Below are positions 18,001 through 26,291 of a stretch of DNA of 64,000 nucleotides, in pieces. The notes under the pieces are model-generated. The model was given only the letters and a program-made list of their open reading frames with translations. It was not told the origin of the DNA and did no database searches. The translations under genes and the position numbers were made by a program. The stretch covers positions 11,304 to 75,303 of the forward strand of contig CADCJI010000006.1 in the NCBI GenBank assembly GCA_902801625.1, written 5' to 3'. How positions within the stretch are numbered: position 1 is the first letter of the stretch; every line of letters begins with the position of its first letter. The stretch comes from an uncultured Bacteroidia bacterium. Lineage in GTDB: Bacteria > Bacteroidota > Bacteroidia > Bacteroidales > F082.

Positions 18001-19017
18001 ACCAGCACCTACGACCTCTACAGCTTCGACCAAACCCAAGATATGGAATGGCGCAACTATAGGGTAAACAGCTTCGAATTGGTCAACGGCCAAGGCTACC
18101 TCTACGCCCACAAGACTGATATCGACCTGGTCTTCACAGGCGCTGCCAACAGCGAAACCACACAAGAAGTGCCCCTCCACAAGACCGCCGAAGCCACCGG
18201 CCTCGACTTCCCAGCCTGGAACCTCGTGGGCAACCCCTTCACCGAGATTGCTTACCCTGTTGAAGATTATGACTTCTACACTTTGAGCAGCGATGCTACC
18301 TTGATTGTTGAAGTTAATGACGATTTCAACAGCATCGAACCCATGGAAGGTATCTTCGTGAATGCTGAAAACGACGGCGATGTCCTTACCTTCACCACCA
18401 CCCCAACCAACAATACGGGGAAGGGCTTTGTCCTTAACCTCAGCCAAAACCATGGTCTCATCGACCGTGCTGTCGTCCGCTTCGGTGAAGGCCGCACGTT
18501 GCCCAAGTTCCAGATCAAGAAGAACAGCACGAAGGTCTACATCCCGATGGATGGCCAAGACTACGCCGTGGTGCGCAGCGAAGAGGTGGGCGAGATGCCC
18601 GTCAGCTTCAAGGCTGAAGAGAACGGCAACTACACGCTGAGCCTCTCCGCCCTGAACACGGAGTTCGCCTACCTGCACCTCATCGACAACCTCACCGGCA
18701 ACGACGTCGACCTGCTCCAAACCCCGAGCTACAGCTTCGAGGCCAAGACGACCGACTACGAAAGCCGCTTCAAGCTCGTGTTCGCCACCGGCAACAACAG
18801 CAACGACGACAACTTTGCTTTCTTCAGCAACGGCAGCTTCGTCATCAACAACAAGGGTGAAGCCACCCTGCAAGTGATCGACGTTACCGGCCGCGTCCTG
18901 AAGAGCGAGACCATCAACGGTTGCGCCAACGTCAACGTGGACGGTGCCACCGGTGTCTACATGCTCCGCCTGATCAACGGCGACAACATGAAGGTACAGA
19001 AGGTGGTTGTCAGATAA
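15028..19017 (+). CDS. Giant T9SS-sorted surface adhesin, paralogue of 8289-13043 lacking the Big_2/cohesin-like segment
   Basis: Signal peptide MKKISIFLMMLCFACFGVANAQ. Choice-of-anchor-J/cleaved-adhesin-like modules (SDQWLITPQVNLGGTLKFYA..FEVLLSTSG), Fn3-like units and a DSYGDGWNGN module are present. The C-terminal ~385 aa are collinear with the paralogue and end in the same T9SS CTD. Confidence 0.88.
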   Translation: MKKISIFLMMLCFACFGVANAQQSLPYSYGFENNNLATDGWTTQNPSGLNASEFGIIGTAAQNGSYGFRFSSYNDRGASTQYLISPELNTPRGVVVQFSYKASSSYTSGETFQVGYSTTDDNISSFTFGSENNATNTSWEQTEELVFPAGTKYVAVYYSANYQYRLYVDDFSFEENLPCAKPENLSVTTDGQTATVTWDGTASNNFIVTVNGTPASGQTSPYTFNVALSTTYNISVTANCGSDGLSSPVSTSFTTPDCIGGHTINYTLNDSYGDGWNGNAIQIFDGCGDLVETLSIASGSTNSGTLVLCGDYYQFVWHTGSFASETSFTLTDNGTALYSNQAGSSLTDGQVLYTIGIQPPVMPTALTAGTPGTNEVQLSWTENGTATTWQICINDDENNLVVANSNPFTLTGLDAVTPYTVKVRSTDGTNVSCWSNVVSFTTDSSCPTPTNLTATNVMPTSATLNWEGDDDVESYNVRYRTAASSSETTTFSEDFENGIPATWTTIDGDDDGNNWLALSEVSTVYTSYSGTMSDWAHSGNNAATSPSFANSAGCFDSDQWLITPQVNLGGTLKFYAASTYSDLDAFEVLLSTSGTAISDFTTTLQTMHDAPYALNDGTDDWEEVTIDLSSYSGQGYIAIHHVSNCMYFLVIDDFAIYANEPAGEWLPNATGASTSDNSLPITGLTPETTYEFQVQADCGTDGESNWSNIATFTTPDACAVPTGLTAEVTGNAAELSWTGVQENYNVQYREVDPTVPATIILNVPTDIWNDGTGYQMLLDADATAYGDVFTATGGWTATDYSAFEYLIPTDAECSADATHIVLENSVSIQIPAGTYDWCIVNPSPADSKIYIAASNGNVGGRQDDYVFEPGVTYEFTPSIYGTNDGIDVTITDNNEWTLVEGVNNPYMLENLSAQTTYKYKVQGVDCDGNGNNTDWSASATFTTGEFYVKHITGYGTGTGNWYLIASPLADNVDPASLGMITDDLGTNATPETSTYDLYSFDQTQDMEWRNYRVNSFELVNGQGYLYAHKTDIDLVFTGAANSETTQEVPLHKTAEATGLDFPAWNLVGNPFTEIAYPVEDYDFYTLSSDATLIVEVNDDFNSIEPMEGIFVNAENDGDVLTFTTTPTNNTGKGFVLNLSQNHGLIDRAVVRFGEGRTLPKFQIKKNSTKVYIPMDGQDYAVVRSEEVGEMPVSFKAEENGNYTLSLSALNTEFAYLHLIDNLTGNDVDLLQTPSYSFEAKTTDYESRFKLVFATGNNSNDDNFAFFSNGSFVINNKGEATLQVIDVTGRVLKSETINGCANVNVDGATGVYMLRLINGDNMKVQKVVVR

Positions 19018-19019
19018 TT

Positions 19020-19147
19020 GAGATTCCCCTTGCGGGGAATGGATAGAGCATAAATGCTCAATGCGGCGGCATGGAACGTTTACGATGCGTAAGCGTTTCG
19101 TGCCGCCGCTGGTTACAAAAGACATAATCCATTCCGAAAGGAATCTC
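19020..19147. repeat. Nested-palindrome element, copy C
   Basis: gagattccccttgcggggaatgga...gcggcggca..[inner hairpin acgtttacg/cgtaagcgt]..tgccgccgc...tccattccgaaaggaatctc. Confidence 0.85.
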
Positions 19148-19168
19148 ATACGCATAACAGCAAGCATT

Positions 19169-19294
19169 GAGTTTCCCAAGGGAATGGAAAGAAGACATAA
19201 GTTGGAACGCGGCGGTTGGTAGGGCTACAAATTGGTAACGGTTTCGTGCAGCGGCAGTTAACAATAAACAAGCTCCATTCCCGAAGGGAGTCCC
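19169..19294. repeat. Nested-palindrome element, copy D (degenerate inner stem)
   Basis: gagtttcccaagggaatggaa...cgcggcgg...gcagcggca...ctccattcccgaagggagtccc. It lies between convergent genes. Confidence 0.75.
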
Positions 19295-19295
19295 T

Positions 19296-20258
19296 TTACC
19301 TCAGCCAAATAACTTGACCTTTGCTAATACGAGTGCCTTCCTTCATGCCGTTCTTCTTCAAAATCTTCTCGGGCTTCACTGCGAAACGCAAAGCCACATC
19401 GCGAAGGGTCTCCCCTTCCTGGACGGTGTATTTCTTGGCCTTCCAGTTCTTGTTTCTCAGCTTTTCGAGATACACCACATCACCGCTGTGAAAGACCACT
19501 TCTTCAGGATGTTTCAGACAGTTGTATTGACAGAAACGCTTGAACTTAATTCCAAATGTTTTTGCCATACTCTCCGGCGTCTCTCCTTCCTTGGCGTAAA
19601 CAAAGCGCACACCGTTGTTCTCATAGATGAATCGACCTTCAGGAGTCATATCAGCCAAAGGAAATATGGATTTGTCCTTAGGAGAATAAGCTAACTCAAA
19701 ATACTCATCAGCATCAGGATCAATAGGTTCCACATCACTCTCCGCAAGCAAACCAAGGGCAATCTGGTCATATTGGGTCAGGTCGTAAAGCTTGATGCGG
19801 TCAATGAGCAATTGGGCATATTTCGGATTGGTGGCATAGCCTGCCGCTTTCAATCCTTTCGCCCAACCTTCATAATCGGTGATGTCGAGATCGAACAATG
19901 CGGCATAACGGCTACGGCCACATAAAAACTCGGAATGGTCGCGGAACGATTGCTCAACATCATCATATTTCCGAAAACACTCGTTCTTCTCATCGTCATC
20001 CATGTAATAGGTGTCGCCTTCCCAGCCTTTGTGGCACTTGATGCCAAAATGGTTTTTGGCTTCCCGAGCCAAAGCGCTATTACCCGCCCCCGATTCCAGC
20101 AATCCCTGCGCTAAGGTAATCGATGCCGGAATCTTATGGGCCTTCATTTCACGTATGGCAATGTCCTTATAGGTCTGGATATATTCTTCAGGGGTGATGC
20201 GCTGTGCCGTTAGTGTCAAAGGTATCAGGAGCAATAATAGCAGTGGGAACTTCTTCAT
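19296..20258 (-). CDS. Peptidoglycan hydrolase: GH73 N-acetylglucosaminidase domain + two LysM domains
   Basis: Signal peptide. ITLAQGLLESGAGNSALAREAKNHFGIKCH is the glucosaminidase motif. LysM-like YTVQEGETLRDVALRFAVKPEKILKKNGM..ISKGQVIWL is present. Confidence 0.85.
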   Translation of the reverse strand: MKKFPLLLLLLIPLTLTAQRITPEEYIQTYKDIAIREMKAHKIPASITLAQGLLESGAGNSALAREAKNHFGIKCHKGWEGDTYYMDDDEKNECFRKYDDVEQSFRDHSEFLCGRSRYAALFDLDITDYEGWAKGLKAAGYATNPKYAQLLIDRIKLYDLTQYDQIALGLLAESDVEPIDPDADEYFELAYSPKDKSIFPLADMTPEGRFIYENNGVRFVYAKEGETPESMAKTFGIKFKRFCQYNCLKHPEEVVFHSGDVVYLEKLRNKNWKAKKYTVQEGETLRDVALRFAVKPEKILKKNGMKEGTRISKGQVIWLR

Positions 20259-20294
20259 TTTTCTAGTGCTTTTGTACTAAGGCTCATGGCCAAA

Positions 20295-20357
20295 GGACCC
20301 TGAGCTTGTCGAAGGGCCGATTTATTATTGGTCGGCGTTTCGACAGGCTCAACGACC
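20295..20357. repeat. REP-like palindrome (GPSTxS-arm family), complete hairpin copy
   Basis: The left arm ggaccctgagcttgtcgaagggccga and right arm tcggcgtttcgacaggctcaacgacc are imperfect reverse complements with an 11-nt loop. Confidence 0.75.
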
Positions 20358-20430
20358 TTAGCTTTAAACGTAAAACCCACGAAAATCGTATGAAACCAAA
20401 ATAAAAAAGCTATCGTTCCATTTTTTTCCG

Positions 20431-20438
20431 TATTTTTG
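20431..20438 (+). promoter_or_regulatory. TAnnTTTG promoter box (TATTTTTG) for rsmG
   Basis: The box overlaps the TTG start at 20436 given by the ORF track, which favours ATG 20460 as the start. Confidence 0.5.
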
Positions 20439-20459
20439 AAGCCAATTTTTGTTAATCGT

Positions 20460-21086
20460 ATGGACACAACCAGCCTATTCAAGTACTTCCCAGAGCTGAA
20501 CGACAAGCAGAAAGAGCAGTATAACCAACTGAAAGACTTATATTTGGACTGGAACAGCAAAATCAATGTCATCTCACGCAAGGACATGGAGCATTTCTAT
20601 GAGCACCATGTGTTGCACTCATTGGCCATTGCCAAATACTATGAGCTATTGCCTGGCATGAAAGTCATGGACTTGGGCACAGGCGGTGGCTTTCCGGGAA
20701 TTCCCTTGGCCATCATGTTTCCGCAGACCCAATTCTACCTCATTGACGGGACTGGAAAGAAAATCAAGGTTGTGAACGCTGTGAAAGACGCCATCGGTTT
20801 GGAGAATGTGATAGCCGAGCAAAAACGAGCAGAGGAAGTGAAGGAAAAATTTGATGTAATTACTGGTCGTGCCGTGATGACCTTGCCCGAGATCGCCAAC
20901 CTTGCTGGCAACAAGCTGAGAATCAGAGGTGACGCGGAGGCAGGGGGTATCCTTTACCTCAAAGGAGGCGACTTGACCGAAGAGTTCAAGGCCCTTGGAC
21001 GTTATTGGAAGTACAAGAAAGCCATTATCAGCAAATGGTTTAAGGAGGATTATTTTGTGGAGAAGTATGTGGTGCATTTATATTAG
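20460..21086 (+). CDS. rsmG: 16S rRNA (guanine527-N7)-methyltransferase RsmG/GidB
   Basis: ..LDWNSKINVISRKDMEHFYEHHVLHSL.. and the SAM motif MDLGTGGGFPGIPLAI; ~208 aa. Confidence 0.9.
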   Translation: MDTTSLFKYFPELNDKQKEQYNQLKDLYLDWNSKINVISRKDMEHFYEHHVLHSLAIAKYYELLPGMKVMDLGTGGGFPGIPLAIMFPQTQFYLIDGTGKKIKVVNAVKDAIGLENVIAEQKRAEEVKEKFDVITGRAVMTLPEIANLAGNKLRIRGDAEAGGILYLKGGDLTEEFKALGRYWKYKKAIISKWFKEDYFVEKYVVHLY

Positions 21087-21087
21087 T

Positions 21088-21219
21088 AGATTCCCTTACG
21101 GGAATGGAAATTCAATGGAATAGTGAACTGCGGCGGCTTGCAACAATTTATAGTTCGTAGACTGGACCTGCCGCCGCACGAAACAAACACAACTTACGCC
21201 ATTCCCGAAAGGGAATCTC
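21088..21219. repeat. Nested-palindrome element, copy E
   Basis: agattcccttacgggaatggaaa...ctgcggcggc...ctgccgccgcacg...gccattcccgaaagggaatctc, starting directly after the rsmG stop. Confidence 0.85.
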
Positions 21220-21259
21220 AAAATGAAAAACAAACAGTTAAACAACAAATATTAATCAA

Positions 21260-24061
21260 ATGAAAAAACTTACACTAACCCTTTTGGCAATGCTTGCCCT
21301 CAGTGCGACCATGTTCGCCCAGCAAGCCATGCCCGTGCCCTTCGACCAAAACATCAGAAGAGGCAAATTGGAGAACGGATTGACTTACTACATCCGTCAC
21401 AACGAGAAACCCGCTCAGCGCGCCAACTTCTACATCGCGCAGAAGGTCGGCTCCATCCTTGAAGAAGACGACCAGCAGGGTTTGGCCCACTTCCTCGAGC
21501 ACATGGCCTTCAACGGCACGAAGAACTTCCCCGGCAAGAATCTGCTCAACTACATGGAGCATAACGGCGTGAAGTTTGGTGAAAATGTCAACGCCTGGAC
21601 CAGCATCGAGCAAACCGTCTACATGCTGACCAATGTGCCCACCACCAACATGAACCTCGTCGACTCGTGCATTCTCATCCTCCACGACTGGTCGAGTTTC
21701 ATTTCCTTGGAAGGTCCCGAAATCGACAAGGAACGCGGTGTCATCCTTGAGGAAAAACGCACCCGCAACGATGCCCAGCAGCGTATGTGGGAAAAGATGC
21801 TGCCTGAGATTTATCCCAACAGCCCCTACGGCCACCGTATGCCTATCGGAACCGAGGAAGTCATCACTGGCTTCGACCATGAGGCATTGCGCGCCTACTA
21901 CCACAAGTGGTATCGCCCCGACTTGCAAGGCATCATCATCATCGGCGATGTCGACGTGAACGAGGTGGAGAACCATCTGAAGACCATCTTCGAGGACATT
22001 CCCGCTCCCGTCAACCCCGCTGAGCGCACCCGCTTTGAGGTGGCCGACAACAAGGAACCCATCGTGAGCATCTGCACTGACCGCGAAGAGACCAACTACA
22101 ACATTTCGTTGTACTACAAGCACGATGTCGTACCGAACGAGGAGAAAGGCGATATCCAATACTGGCTGAAGGGCTACATTGACCAGCTCGTCGCCACCAT
22201 GTACAACAACCGCATGGAAGAACTCACTCAGAAGGCCAATCCGCCTTTTATCTTCGGCTATGGCTATTACGGCACTTTCTTTGTCAGTGACACCAAAGAC
22301 GCTTGGACGACCCTGGCCTACGCCAAGGATGAGAACGGCATTGACGAGGCTCTGAACGCACTTGTGGCCGAGAACAAACGCATGCAACAATACGGCTTCA
22401 CAGCATCCGAATTTGAACGTGCCAAAGCCGACCTCATGAAACGCATCGAAAACCAATATGACGAGCGCGACAAGCAAGAGACTGCCCGCTACCTCAACCC
22501 CATCCTCGCCCACTTCCTCACCAACGAGCCGCTGATGGGCATCGAGAACGAGTATATGCTGCTCAGCCAAATCCTTCCCGCCCTGCCTGTTGAGGCCATC
22601 AACCAATATGTTCCGGAACTCATCCGTGAGGACAACATCGTCATCACGCTGACCGGTCCCGAAAAAGAAGGCGTAAAACTGCCCACCAAGGAAGAGCTTG
22701 TCAACCTGCTCAACAAAGCCAAGGAAGTTGAAGTGGAACCCTATGTGGAGACCGTCAGCAACGAGCCTTTGATTGCCACGCTGCCTGTGAAAGGCTCCAT
22801 CGAGAGCAGAAAACACGATGACACCTTTGATGCTACCGTGCTCACCCTGAAGAACGGCGTGAAGGTCATCTATAAGCCCACCACTTTCAAAGATGATGAA
22901 ATCCTGATGAATGCATACAGCTTTGGAGGCTATTCCGCCATGGACCAAAGCGATCCCTTCACCTTACAGGAAATCAATTCCTTAGCTACTCTCGGCGGCG
23001 TTGGCAACTTCAGTGCCATCGACCTGCCTAAGGTACTGGCTGGCAAGAGAGCTAGCGTTACCCCCAACATCAGCACCTTCACTGAAGGCATGAGTGGCAA
23101 CTGCTCGGCCCGTGACCTTGAAACCATGCTTCAACTTACCTATTTGTATTTCACCTCACCCCGTAGCGACGAAGAGGCTTTCCAATCCTACATCACCCGC
23201 ACCAAGGCCATGGTCGCCAACATCGAGTCCGACCCGAACACCGCCTTCCGCGACAACCTCATGTTCGCCATGTACGACAATCACCCGCTCATCAAGCGCA
23301 TGAGAGCCGAAGACTACGACAAAGTCGACTATGCCAAGGCACTTAAGCTTTATGCCGACCGCTTCAAGGATGCCAACAACTTCGTGTTCACCTTCGTGGG
23401 CAACATCGACCCCGAAACCTTCGAGCCCATGATTGAGCAATACATTGGTTCATTGAAGGCAAAGAAAAACGATGAGACTTGGACAGCCAACGCTCCCGTC
23501 ATCACCGACAAGGATGTCAACAGCCACTACACCAAGGCCATGGAGAACCCCAAGGTCACTTGCTACATGATCTACAATGGCGACATGGAGTACACCATGG
23601 AGAACCAATTGAAGATGAGAGTGTTGGGTGATGTAATGGACATTGTCTACACCGAGAAAATCCGTGAAGATGAAGGTGGCACCTACGGTGTGGGCGTGCA
23701 AGGCAACCTCAGCCTCCGTCCGAAACCCAGTTTCATGTTCTTCATCGGCTTCGACACCAACAAAGAGATGTATGAAAAACTGATGGGCGTTGCCATTGCC
23801 GAATTACAAAATGTGGCCAACCAAGGCCCGCGCCCCGAAGACCTGAAGAAGGTGAAAGAGTTCCTCGTCAAGAAGCATGCAGAAGACCTGGAGAACAACC
23901 GTTACTGGATGGGCTGCATCCAAACCATGGATCGTGACAAATACAACCCGATGGCCAACTACGAGCAGATCGTCAACAGCATCACTGCCGACGATGTCGC
24001 CAACATGGCCAAGGCCGTGCTGAAAGGCTATAAGAAAGAAGTGGTGCAAATACCAGAATAA
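21260..24061 (+). CDS. M16-family zinc metallopeptidase (pitrilysin-like), secreted
   Basis: Signal peptide and the inverted zinc motif HxxEH in GLAHFLEHMAFNGT. The 933-aa, four-domain size is typical of Bacteroidota M16 proteins. Confidence 0.9.
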   Translation: MKKLTLTLLAMLALSATMFAQQAMPVPFDQNIRRGKLENGLTYYIRHNEKPAQRANFYIAQKVGSILEEDDQQGLAHFLEHMAFNGTKNFPGKNLLNYMEHNGVKFGENVNAWTSIEQTVYMLTNVPTTNMNLVDSCILILHDWSSFISLEGPEIDKERGVILEEKRTRNDAQQRMWEKMLPEIYPNSPYGHRMPIGTEEVITGFDHEALRAYYHKWYRPDLQGIIIIGDVDVNEVENHLKTIFEDIPAPVNPAERTRFEVADNKEPIVSICTDREETNYNISLYYKHDVVPNEEKGDIQYWLKGYIDQLVATMYNNRMEELTQKANPPFIFGYGYYGTFFVSDTKDAWTTLAYAKDENGIDEALNALVAENKRMQQYGFTASEFERAKADLMKRIENQYDERDKQETARYLNPILAHFLTNEPLMGIENEYMLLSQILPALPVEAINQYVPELIREDNIVITLTGPEKEGVKLPTKEELVNLLNKAKEVEVEPYVETVSNEPLIATLPVKGSIESRKHDDTFDATVLTLKNGVKVIYKPTTFKDDEILMNAYSFGGYSAMDQSDPFTLQEINSLATLGGVGNFSAIDLPKVLAGKRASVTPNISTFTEGMSGNCSARDLETMLQLTYLYFTSPRSDEEAFQSYITRTKAMVANIESDPNTAFRDNLMFAMYDNHPLIKRMRAEDYDKVDYAKALKLYADRFKDANNFVFTFVGNIDPETFEPMIEQYIGSLKAKKNDETWTANAPVITDKDVNSHYTKAMENPKVTCYMIYNGDMEYTMENQLKMRVLGDVMDIVYTEKIREDEGGTYGVGVQGNLSLRPKPSFMFFIGFDTNKEMYEKLMGVAIAELQNVANQGPRPEDLKKVKEFLVKKHAEDLENNRYWMGCIQTMDRDKYNPMANYEQIVNSITADDVANMAKAVLKGYKKEVVQIPE

Positions 24062-24063
24062 TT

Positions 24064-24166
24064 TGCTACTGGCTTATAGCTTCTGGCTACTGGTAGCTTG
24101 ATGTAAAGGTAAAATTTACAGTTTATAACAAGCAGCCAAAAGCCAATAGCCAGAGGCCAGAAGCCA
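24064..24166. repeat. Heptamer-periodic inverted arrays (CTGGCNN / GCCANNN) directly after the M16 gene stop
   Basis: tgctactggcttatagcttctggctactggtagctt ... aagcagccaaaagccaatagccagaggccagaagcca. It belongs to the same family as 13047-13218. Confidence 0.8.
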
Positions 24167-24202
24167 TAAAACCGAAATCTTAAATCTTAAAATCAAACAA
24201 AT

Positions 24203-25822
24203 ATGACAGAAAAACTCACATTGAGAGACAACCCCACCATGAGGTGGGTTGCCTTGCTGCTGTTGGCTTTGGCCATGTTTTGCAGCTACATTTTCATGGA
24301 CATTTTGTCCCCCATCAAGGATTTGATGCAGACCGAGCGCGGTTGGGACAGTGCATCGTTCGGCCGTATGCAGGGTGCAGAAGTATTCCTTAATGTCTAT
24401 GTGTTCTTCCTCATCATTGCCGGTATTATCCTCGACAAGATGGGCGTTCGCTTTACGGCAGTACTTTCAGGTGCTGTGATGCTTGTCGGCGGACTGATTA
24501 AGTTCTATGCCTGCAGTGAAAACTTCATTGGCACAAGCATGGAGACTTGGTTCAACACACACCTCAACTGGAATGTCAACATTCCGTTCATTGGCGACAT
24601 TTTGCCTTTTGCTGACGGAATGCCCGGCTCAGCCAAACTGGCCGCCATCGGATTCATGATCTTTGGTAGCGGCTGCGAAATGGCCGGTATCACCGTAAGC
24701 CGTGGTATTGTGAAATGGTTCAAGGGCCGTGAAACCGCCTTGGCCATGGGTTCGGAGATGGCTCTTGCCCGTCTCGGCGTGGCCACCTGCATGATTTTCT
24801 CGCCCTATTTTGCCCGTCTCGGCGGCACCATCAATGTGAGCCGTTCCGTTGCTTTCGGCGTGGTGCTCCTCTGCATCGCCTTGATCATGTTCATCGTCTA
24901 CTTCTTCATGGACAAGAAACTCGACAGTCAGACTGGTGAAGCCGAAGAGAAAGACGACCCGTTCAAGATTTCCGACATCGGCAAAATCCTGTCGAGCCTC
25001 GGTTTCTGGCTGGTCGCCCTGCTCTGCGTGCTGTATTACAGCGCCATCTTCCCGTTCCAGAAGTATGCCGTTAACATGCTGCAGTGCAACCTGACCTTGA
25101 CCTTGCCTGCCGAAGGTTCCTTCTGGGCTGGAGACTCCGTCACCATCGTGCAATATGTCATCATGCTTTTGGTTGCCATTTGCTCCTTCGCCAGCAACTT
25201 CTCGAAGAAGAAGGGTATGAAGATTGGTTTGATGCTTGTTGCCATTGTTGCCCTTGTGGTTTACTGCTACATGGGTTACATGCGTGGCACCGCCGAGACC
25301 ATCTTCGCCGTGTTCCCGCTGCTGGCCGTGGCTATCACTCCTATCCTCGGCAGCTATGTCGACCACAAAGGTAAGGCCGCCACGATGCTTATGCTCGGCT
25401 CCTTGCTGCTTGTCGTATGCCACCTCACCTTTGCCTTCGTTTTGCCTGGTGTTTCAGCCAGTTCATCTGTTGGCGGTGTCATCGTGGCTTATGTGACCAT
25501 CTTGGTGCTCGGCGCCTCGTTCTCCTTGGTGCCTGCCGCTTTGTGGCCGAGCGTGCCGAAGCTGGTGGACGAAAAGATCATCGGTTCGGCCTACGCTCTG
25601 ATTTTCTGGATCCAGAATATCGGCCTCGGCCTCTTCCCGACCCTCATCGGCAACGTGCTGCAAAAGACCAATGCTGAAGGCACTGCCGCACACGAGTTGG
25701 ACTACACCTGGGCTCTCGTCATGCTGGCCGCCCTCGGTATCGCAGCCCTGCTCATCTCGGTCTACCTCAAGGCCGTCGACAAGAAGAAGCACTTCGGTTT
25801 GGAAGAACCCAATATTAAATAA
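24203..25822 (+). CDS. MFS-type transporter
   Basis: 539 aa with ~12-14 hydrophobic segments throughout. The substrate cannot be deduced. Confidence 0.75.
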   Translation: MTEKLTLRDNPTMRWVALLLLALAMFCSYIFMDILSPIKDLMQTERGWDSASFGRMQGAEVFLNVYVFFLIIAGIILDKMGVRFTAVLSGAVMLVGGLIKFYACSENFIGTSMETWFNTHLNWNVNIPFIGDILPFADGMPGSAKLAAIGFMIFGSGCEMAGITVSRGIVKWFKGRETALAMGSEMALARLGVATCMIFSPYFARLGGTINVSRSVAFGVVLLCIALIMFIVYFFMDKKLDSQTGEAEEKDDPFKISDIGKILSSLGFWLVALLCVLYYSAIFPFQKYAVNMLQCNLTLTLPAEGSFWAGDSVTIVQYVIMLLVAICSFASNFSKKKGMKIGLMLVAIVALVVYCYMGYMRGTAETIFAVFPLLAVAITPILGSYVDHKGKAATMLMLGSLLLVVCHLTFAFVLPGVSASSSVGGVIVAYVTILVLGASFSLVPAALWPSVPKLVDEKIIGSAYALIFWIQNIGLGLFPTLIGNVLQKTNAEGTAAHELDYTWALVMLAALGIAALLISVYLKAVDKKKHFGLEEPNIK

Positions 25823-25845
25823 ACCAGGAATCTGGTTGAATAACC

Positions 25846-25880
25846 TGTAGGGCTGCCACGGTGTGACAGCCCTACATTTT
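25846..25880. terminator. Bidirectional hairpin terminator between convergent genes
   Basis: tgtagggctg / cagccctaca 10-bp stem followed by TTTTATTT. Confidence 0.75.
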
Positions 25881-26217
25881 ATTTATGCACAAACGGGACC
25901 TCACACATTTCGAGGATTTCCTTGACAAATCTCCTTTCGCGAGGACCGAAATGTGTATCGGAACGCGAAACCTGGGTCATCATAAGTGAAAAGATGCGCT
26001 TCTTTTCTATCGGCATCATTTTCAGTGTGTTATAGGCTTGTTTAGGCAACTCGTTTCTTGGGATCGGCACAAAACCTGTGGTATCAAACTCAAGTTCCTT
26101 CATACAGGCATCGATGCATTCGCGCTCGGCATTGCGGGTACGAAAGTCGGCCTTGGCCAAATTGTAAAGCACGCTGGCGATGGCCTTTTGTTCCACTTGG
26201 GTGAATTTTTCGTCCAT
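25879..26217 (-). CDS. Hypothetical cytoplasmic protein (112 aa)
   Basis: Clean ORF with coding-like composition and no recognisable motif. Confidence 0.55.
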   Translation of the reverse strand: MDEKFTQVEQKAIASVLYNLAKADFRTRNAERECIDACMKELEFDTTGFVPIPRNELPKQAYNTLKMMPIEKKRIFSLMMTQVSRSDTHFGPRERRFVKEILEMCEVPFVHK

Positions 26218-26252
26218 AACAACAAATTTTAGTGCAAAGAAACGATTTTTTC

Positions 26253-26260
26253 TAATTTTG
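26253..26260 (+). promoter_or_regulatory. TAnnTTTG promoter box (TAATTTTG)
   Basis: 32 nt upstream of ATG 26292. Confidence 0.5.
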
Positions 26261-26291
26261 CAGCAACAATCAACATAAAAAAACAGCTGAC

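Noticed and set aside
20255-20587. 110-aa minus-strand ORF between the GH73 gene and rsmG.
   Set aside because: It spans the REP-like palindrome (translated as ..VEPVETP..LRQAQGP..), the rsmG promoter box and the start of rsmG. This is a typical repeat-derived ORF artefact.
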